In this document: one piece after another, positions 15,018-20,080 of the stretch | Layout: the number at the start of each line of letters is the position of its first letter | Numbering within the stretch: position 1 is the stretch's first letter | Assembly: GCA_964615185.1 (NCBI GenBank) | Contig: CAZTOS010000043.1 | Location: 1 to 20,080, forward strand | DNA length: 20,080 nt | Reading direction: 5' to 3' | Source: an uncultured Thermococci archaeon | Lineage (GTDB): Archaea; Methanobacteriota_B; Thermococci; Thermococcales; Thermococcaceae | Position numbers and translations under genes: made by a program | Notes under the pieces: generated by a model | The model's input: the letters and a program-made list of their open reading frames with translations, nothing else | Told to the model about the DNA's origin: nothing | Database searches by the model: none

Positions 15018-15698
15018 GTGAAAAAGATAGGGATAATAGGTGGAATGAGTCCAGAATCAACACTCTACTATTACAAAAAATTCATTGAGATCTCAAGAGA
15101 AAAGTTTGAGCCATATTTTTATCCGGAGCTAATCATTTACAGCATCAACTTCAAGGAGTTCAAGGACAACCCTAATGGCTGGGAAGGGAGAAAGAAAATC
15201 CTAATAAATGCAGCAAAAGCCTTAGAAAGGGCTGGAGCTGAAGTGATTGGGATTGCGGCAAACACTCCCCACATGGTGTTTTCCGATGTTCAAAGGGCTG
15301 TAAACGTTGAAATGGTCAGCATAGTTGATGCAGTTGCTGAGGAAGCTAAAAGAAGAGGACTGAGAAAGCTTCTTCTTTTAGGAACCAAAACCACAATGAC
15401 AATGCCGTTTTATAAAGAAGCACTCAAAGAGAAGGGCTTCGAGATCATAGTACCAAATGAAAATGAGATTGAGGAAATAAACAGAATACTCTTCGAAGAG
15501 TCCGTATTTGGAAACTTTAAAAGCAACCCCTACTTATTAGACCTCATAGAGAAATATATAAGCGAACAAGGAATTGAAGGTGTTATATTAGGATGCACGG
15601 AGCTTCCATTAGCCATAAAACCAGGGGATGTTAGTGCTGAAGTTCTCGATACCGCGGAAATTCACGTTAGAGCATTGATTGAAAAGGCTTTGGGATAA
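15018..15698 (+). CDS. Aspartate/glutamate racemase family protein with only one catalytic Cys
   Basis: IGIIGGMSPEST..YY; AANTPH where the family usually has CNT.H; LLGT..TM; ILGCTELP. Confidence 0.92.
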   Translation: MKKIGIIGGMSPESTLYYYKKFIEISREKFEPYFYPELIIYSINFKEFKDNPNGWEGRKKILINAAKALERAGAEVIGIAANTPHMVFSDVQRAVNVEMVSIVDAVAEEAKRRGLRKLLLLGTKTTMTMPFYKEALKEKGFEIIVPNENEIEEINRILFEESVFGNFKSNPYLLDLIEKYISEQGIEGVILGCTELPLAIKPGDVSAEVLDTAEIHVRALIEKALG

Positions 15699-15801
15699 AT
15701 TGCTGGGTTAGATTTTATTTTGATTGATTACATTTTCAAAGACAGCATGTGAAATGCTCTAACCAATATACTTATAACACTTTCCAGAGTAAAAGTAAAG
15801 C

Positions 15802-16002
15802 ATGAAGTGGATAGTTGTTGATCCCGAAATTTGTCATGGAAAACCTGTTTTTAAAGGAACAAGGATACTGGTTAGTGATGTACTTGAGATGTTAGCTGCT
15901 GGTATGAGCATTGAGGAAATACTTAAAGAATATCCACAGCTAAGCGAGGAAATGATAAGAGAAGGCAACGCTGAAATCTCAAAGAATTTAAAGGGAAGCT
16001 GA
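15802..16002 (+). CDS. DUF433 family antitoxin-like protein, C-terminus apparently altered by a deletion
   Basis: IVVDPEICHGKPVFKGTRI.V..VLEMLAAGMS.EEIL.EYP.L signature. TTATAA at 15772-15777 suggests a leaderless mRNA. Confidence 0.85.
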   Translation: MKWIVVDPEICHGKPVFKGTRILVSDVLEMLAAGMSIEEILKEYPQLSEEMIREGNAEISKNLKGS

Positions 16003-16043
16003 TTATTGCAGCAAAAGAGGGCTTCAAAATTATTGAAGTTTGA
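15975..16043 (+). pseudogene. Probable C-terminal remnant of a DUF5615/PIN-like toxin
   Basis: A second frame reads NLKEFKGKLIIAAKEGFKIIEV* with no start, resembling the beta-rich tail of DUF5615 proteins that usually follow DUF433 genes. Confidence 0.45.
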
Positions 16044-16045
16044 TC

Positions 16046-16873
16046 CTAAACCTCCTTTGGCGGCACCAAAATCCCAAGTTCCGTAATAATCCCTCTCACA
16101 TACTTCCAAGATGTTATATCAAAGAGATAGTTTCTTATCAGAAAATGATTTCTCTTGAATTTTCTTTCCACGATCTCAACTTCCTCAGCCCTAAGCTCTG
16201 GGTGAATCTTAAAGCTCTCAGCCGCAACATAAAAAGGAACGCCGCTATCATGACAAGCTAACGCCAAAAGATACGTGCCGGCTTTGTTTATCACGCAACC
16301 ATCTCTGGTTATATTATCTGCCCCAACTAACGCTAAAGTCGCTTTCTTTGCAAAGAGCCCGAGCTGGGCATCGGTGATAATTTCAAAAGGAATCTCGAGT
16401 ACCTCAAGCTCTTTAGCTAAAGCTAAGCCCTCATAATCTGGAGCACTCTCCGTGAGAATTACCCTAAAGCGCTTACCTTTCATCTTTGCTACTTTTAGAA
16501 CCTCCAAAACCGTTGAAGAAAAGGAGTGCGTGATTATTACCTCGTTTTCATCAATCAGCTCGCTTCCTATATTACCAATCTCCCTTTTTGCTTCTTCACT
16601 AAGCTTTATGAACTCCTCGGCTTTTGCTCTAACGAACTCTGGATTGTTTGTCAGAGGAATAAAGCGAATCAAGTTGTAGAGAGATGCCATGGTTGGGTTA
16701 ACCCTTATTATCTCAGTTCTCATCTCCTTCAGAGCATCAAAAAGCTCTTCTCCAGTCAAAAGCTCGGCAAGCTTTAGGTAAGCTTCGGCACCTCTTTTAG
16801 CCAAGTAGCTTGCCCCTCGAATTCGCTCAGCTTTCATTTCCTCAATGATTGTCCGGACTTCTTGGGGAAGCAT
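16046..16873 (-). CDS. Archaeal eIF-2B alpha/beta/delta family subunit (PH0440-like)
   Basis: RIRGAS.LA, NPTMASLYN, ITHSFSSTV, TESAPDYEG, VGADNI, NKAGTY.LA, FDIT, IITELG. Start at ATG 16873 after GGAGTGA. Confidence 0.92.
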   Translation of the reverse strand: MLPQEVRTIIEEMKAERIRGASYLAKRGAEAYLKLAELLTGEELFDALKEMRTEIIRVNPTMASLYNLIRFIPLTNNPEFVRAKAEEFIKLSEEAKREIGNIGSELIDENEVIITHSFSSTVLEVLKVAKMKGKRFRVILTESAPDYEGLALAKELEVLEIPFEIITDAQLGLFAKKATLALVGADNITRDGCVINKAGTYLLALACHDSGVPFYVAAESFKIHPELRAEEVEIVERKFKRNHFLIRNYLFDITSWKYVRGIITELGILVPPKEV

Positions 16874-16901
16874 AACAATCACTCCAGAGGATTGTGTTAA
16901 C

Positions 16902-17174
16902 TCATTTGTATGCATCTTCCCTTGTTTTTAACCGATGAATCATTATAAGACGCTCCTTCCAATTGACTGAGTAAATTATCCTGTAGCTTCCCAAGCGTAT
17001 ACGATAGATGTCAATATTCCCAGTTCCCTCAAGTTTTATTATATCATACTTGTCTCTTGGGACTGCTTCATAGTGAAGTATATCTTTCAGCTCCAGAAAA
17101 CATCTGCGATGGACATTTGGAAGTTCTTTCAGCTTTTTCTTGACTTGTTTGTGAACCTTGACGGTGAATGTCAT
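16902..17174 (-). CDS. relE: RelE/ParE family toxin (aRelE-like)
   Basis: MTFTVKVHKQV...KLEGTG..DIYRIRLGSYRIIYSVNW...R..AYK closely resembles P. horikoshii aRelE. Start at ATG 17174, right after the antitoxin stop. Confidence 0.92.
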   Translation of the reverse strand: MTFTVKVHKQVKKKLKELPNVHRRCFLELKDILHYEAVPRDKYDIIKLEGTGNIDIYRIRLGSYRIIYSVNWKERLIMIHRLKTREDAYK

Positions 17175-17175
17175 C

Positions 17176-17382
17176 TTACTCCTCCTCATCAAGCTCGTCA
17201 GCATCAACCCAGTCGCCAGGATTTGGATTTCTTGCCTCCCTGAGAATCTCCTTTATCTCTTCCTCACTTATCCCATCATCCTTTTGAACCGGCATAAGCA
17301 TTGCCTCTAAGCGCTGAATCTCAACCTTAAGTCTTTCCAATTCCTTCAAAACATACTCAACATTAACTGAAGCGCGCTCCAT
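17176..17382 (-). CDS. relB: RelB-type antitoxin (aRelB-like)
   Basis: VLKELERLKVEIQRLEAMLMP...ISEEEI.EIL..AR...W.DA.EL with an acidic tail; directly upstream of relE. Start at ATG 17382 after GGAGG. Confidence 0.88.
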   Translation of the reverse strand: MERASVNVEYVLKELERLKVEIQRLEAMLMPVQKDDGISEEEIKEILREARNPNPGDWVDADELDEEE

Positions 17383-17437
17383 CAAACCAGCCTCCCAGAC
17401 TAACTCCACGTAAGTAGTTTATTAGGATTTCCCACCA

Positions 17438-18196
17438 TCACCAACCTTCCTCAAACCTTATCCCTTTTTCCTCCATGAAGCTTTTAGCCTTTTCTATGAT
17501 CTCTTCATCTTCACCAAAGAGAATTATGCCAATATATTTTCCAAAGCCCTTCGGTGAGGAGTGAATCTTCACGGGAAAATGCTTTAAAGTTTCATTCAAA
17601 ATTGGAGCAAGCTTTGACTCATCTGTGATTTCCGCCAGCAGCTTTCTTTGAATGAACTTCCTTTCGCCAAGCTTTGGAAGAACTTCGTTCTCAAGCATAG
17701 CCTTCATTTCCCTCGGCATCCCGGGCAGAACAAAGATTTTAACGCCTTCATGCTCGATGTAAGCTCCCGGAGCAGCACCCTCCCTGTTTTCAAGAGGTTG
17801 AGCATTTTCAGGGAGATATGCCATCTTTTTACGTGCTTCATTTAGCTCTGGATCATCTATGAGACCTTTCTCATAAAGCTCGTGGTAAAATTTCTTAATT
17901 CTCTTCAAACAGTCTTTCCTCAAAACGAGCTTTTTGCCTAAAGCTTCTGCCACGGCAAGCATTGTAACATCATCATGAGTCGGCCCCAATCCTCCAGAAA
18001 TAATCAGTACAGAGGGCTTTCTTGAGAGTATCTCCCTGATTACGGTTTTTATCTCCTCAACATCATCCCCCACGGTTGTTTTTCTCCTCACCCAGTAACC
18101 TTTCTCTGTTAATCTCTGAGCAATATAAGAGGAGTTGCTGTCAACGGTGTGCCCAGTTAAGAGTTCATCACCAATCGTGAGAATTTCAGCGAACAT
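17438..18196 (-). CDS. CinA N-terminal-like / molybdopterin-binding domain protein (COG1058)
   Basis: AEILTIGDELL.G.TVDSNS, TVGDD, SGGLGPTHDDVT, GAAPG, LPGMPREM. Confidence 0.92.
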   Translation of the reverse strand: MFAEILTIGDELLTGHTVDSNSSYIAQRLTEKGYWVRRKTTVGDDVEEIKTVIREILSRKPSVLIISGGLGPTHDDVTMLAVAEALGKKLVLRKDCLKRIKKFYHELYEKGLIDDPELNEARKKMAYLPENAQPLENREGAAPGAYIEHEGVKIFVLPGMPREMKAMLENEVLPKLGERKFIQRKLLAEITDESKLAPILNETLKHFPVKIHSSPKGFGKYIGIILFGEDEEIIEKAKSFMEEKGIRFEEGW

Positions 18197-18613
18197 TTAC
18201 ATCACCTCCAAAGTTCTTTCAACGGTCTTTAAAAACTCTTCAGCAAAAGAAATTGCAAACAATACCTCCTCCTTGGAAACCCTTTTTCCTCCATACTGCA
18301 CATTGTGTCTTGAAATACGAAGTCTGTCAAAGGTATTGATCATATCATTAAGTTCAGGATAGAGCTCTCTGATAGCAACAGACAAACAAAGATGACTTCT
18401 CTCTATGTACCCTTTAGCAAACAATAGAGCCCTTGCAGCATGAAAGGTTGCATTATATGCCGCTATCTGAGCCATTTCATACTCTTCTATATCCAAATTT
18501 CTCTTTGCGGAGCGTAGGAACCTATAAGCAATCTCAATGGAGCTCTCAACTCTATATTGAGCAGAAAAGTCTTGTCTTATAAAGCCCTTCTCGATGCATT
18601 CCTGCAGATTCAC
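18197..18613 (-). CDS. HEPN domain protein (UPF0332/COG1895-like), partner of the MNT
   Basis: A...L.SA, AY.A.FHAARALL..KG...RSH, R..RH...Y; GTGA overlap with the MNT stop codon. Confidence 0.85.
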   Translation of the reverse strand: MNLQECIEKGFIRQDFSAQYRVESSIEIAYRFLRSAKRNLDIEEYEMAQIAAYNATFHAARALLFAKGYIERSHLCLSVAIRELYPELNDMINTFDRLRISRHNVQYGGKRVSKEEVLFAISFAEEFLKTVERTLEVM

Positions 18614-19155
18614 AAAGGCACCCCCTTAATAAGCACATGATTCCTGAGGATTTCATTGACAAGGGGATTTTTATTCCTTTTCATGATCTCCCACTCATGA
18701 GGCTGGAATACGGTTAGCTGAATCTCTTTTCCAAGAGCCGCCTCGATTTTTCTGATAACCGAATAGTCTATGCAGCTTTCCTTGCTTATTACAAGCAGAT
18801 CTATATCACTTTTTTCGTTAAATTCTCCAGATGCTACGCTCCCGTAAACTGCAAGAGAATAGCAGGAAGAACACAGGCTTTCAACTCCAACTTCTTTAAG
18901 CTTTAAAATCATGTATGCTCTTTTAATTTCTTTAACGGCAAAGTAGTCATTGTTCAGCTTGAAAATTCTCATGTTGCCGATCCTTTTGACGATGAGTATA
19001 CCTTCTTTTGCAAAAAGATCACAATAGTGCTTTACTGTAGCAGGAGAAACCTCCAGCTCCCTTGCCAGCTCCTTTAGATGCACCTCTCTTGTGGGATTGA
19101 GAAGAAAGTATTCCAAAATCCTAAAGCCAGCAAACTTCCTAAATTCATCAATCAT
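18610..19155 (-). CDS. Winged-helix + minimal nucleotidyltransferase (MNT) antitoxin
   Basis: N-terminal HTH (HLKELARELEVSPATV) and MNT signature YGSVASGEFNEKSDIDL (GS-x10-DxD). ATG 19155 lies about 22 nt below the TATA box, suggesting a leaderless mRNA. Confidence 0.9.
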   Translation of the reverse strand: MIDEFRKFAGFRILEYFLLNPTREVHLKELARELEVSPATVKHYCDLFAKEGILIVKRIGNMRIFKLNNDYFAVKEIKRAYMILKLKEVGVESLCSSCYSLAVYGSVASGEFNEKSDIDLLVISKESCIDYSVIRKIEAALGKEIQLTVFQPHEWEIMKRNKNPLVNEILRNHVLIKGVPL

Positions 19156-19170
19156 GACCAATGTTAAGAT

Positions 19171-19228
19171 CGTTCAGTATATAAAACTATCGTTTGATAA
19201 ATCGAACGTTCGTTTCATATATCAAACG
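19171..19228. repeat. Three tandem 18-bp imperfect palindromes with 20-bp period (operator array) overlapping the MNT-HEPN TATA box
   Basis: CGTTCAGTATATAAAACT (19171-19188), CGTTTGATAAATCGAACG (19191-19208), CGTTTCATATATCAAACG (19211-19228). Minus-strand TTTATATA at 19185-19178. Confidence 0.8.
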
Positions 19229-19236
19229 GTTCTTCA

Positions 19237-19267
19237 TAACACCTCCAGTGAAAGCAACGTTTAAGTA
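19237..19267 (+). promoter_or_regulatory. gap promoter: TGM-like site just upstream of BRE/TATA
   Basis: TAACAC-CTCCA-GTGAAA (19237-19253) versus TGM consensus TATCAC-N5-GTGATA (2 mismatches); TTTAAGTA at 19260-19267. Confidence 0.55.
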
Positions 19268-19302
19268 TCAACTTGTTAAAATAATTTTTGGAGGTGGTTT
19301 CT

Positions 19303-20080
19303 GTGAAAGTTAAGGTGGGAATTAACGGTTACGGGACAATAGGGAAGAGAGTAGCTTATGCTGTCACAAAGCAAGATGATATGGCACTTATAGGTGTAAC
19401 AAAGACAAAGCCAGACTTTGAAGCTTACAGGGCAAAGGAGCTTGGCATTCCAGTATATGCGGCGTCAGAGGAATTTTTGCCAAGGTTTGAAAAAGTAGGT
19501 TTTGAAGTTGCCGGAACCTTAGAAGACTTGCTTCAGAAAGTTGACGTTATCGTTGATGCGACTCCAGGAGGAATGGGAGCAAGGAATAAGCCAATTTATG
19601 AAAAGTACGGAGTTAAAGCAGTGTTTCAAGGTGGAGAAAAGGCTGATGTTGCAGAGGTTTCCTTTGTTGCTCAGGCAAACTATGAGAAAGCTCTCGGGAA
19701 GAGCTACGTTAGAGTAGTTTCTTGCAACACAACCGGATTAACAAGAACACTCTCAGCTCTTCAAGAGTACATTGACTACGTTTACGCTGTGATGATTAGA
19801 AGAGCCGCTGATCCAAATGACATCAAGAGAGGTCCGATCAATGCCATAAAACCAACCGTTGAAGTTCCATCCCATCACGGGCCGGATGTTCAAACAGTTA
19901 TTCCAATAAACATTGAGACGACAGCTTTTGTTGTGCCAACTACAATAATGCATGTTCACTCAATAATGGTCGAGCTGAAGAAGCCAATTACAAGAGAGGA
20001 TGTCGTTGATATCTTTGAGAACACCACAAGGGTTCTCCTCTTCGAGAAGGAAAAGGGCTTTGACAGCACCGCCCAGCTGA
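19303..20080 (+). CDS. gap: Phosphorylating glyceraldehyde-3-phosphate dehydrogenase, archaeal type II (3' end beyond right edge)
   Basis: Not in the ORF track. From GTG 19303, after [25 protein letters not shown]...VDATPGG...FQGGEK...VVSCNTTGL...RRAADP...PSHHGPDV. Confidence 0.97.
   Translation, partial: MKVKVGINGYGTIGKRVAYAVTKQDDMALIGVTKTKPDFEAYRAKELGIPVYAASEEFLPRFEKVGFEVAGTLEDLLQKVDVIVDATPGGMGARNKPIYEKYGVKAVFQGGEKADVAEVSFVAQANYEKALGKSYVRVVSCNTTGLTRTLSALQEYIDYVYAVMIRRAADPNDIKRGPINAIKPTVEVPSHHGPDVQTVIPINIETTAFVVPTTIMHVHSIMVELKKPITREDVVDIFENTTRVLLFEKEKGFDSTAQL

Noticed and set aside
19171..19228. The three 20-bp-period units as a mini-CRISPR or transposon end
   Set aside because: There are no spacers between units and no transposase or target-site duplication; an operator array fits better.

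Overview
AT-rich archaeal DNA, very likely from Thermococcales, judged from the GGTGA/GGAGG RBS style, BRE/TATA promoters and close similarity to Pyrococcus/Thermococcus proteins. The left half (- strand) is a type I-B 'Tneap/Cst' cas operon: cas6-cas8(cst1)-cas7(cst2)-cas5-cas3-[AAA ATPase]-cas4-[membrane-anchored MBL hydrolase]-cas1, with cas1 running off the left edge. Two non-cas genes are embedded in the adaptation module, and no CRISPR array lies in the window. Next come a GT2 glycosyltransferase and an archaemetzincin-like protease. A clear fluoride (crcB) riboswitch then heads a four-gene operon of unknown function: an alpha/alpha-barrel prenyltransferase-repeat protein, a duplicated CxxC..CxxH protein and two paralogous coiled-coil proteins. 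This operon has no intact crcB/fluc exporter, only a probable short remnant. The right part holds housekeeping genes (coaBC, Asp/Glu racemase homologue, aIF-2B subunit, CinA-like, gap) interspersed with three TA modules: a decayed DUF433/PIN pair, RelBE, and wHTH-MNT/HEPN with a triple palindromic operator. All family calls come from motif recognition and recall; no searches were run.
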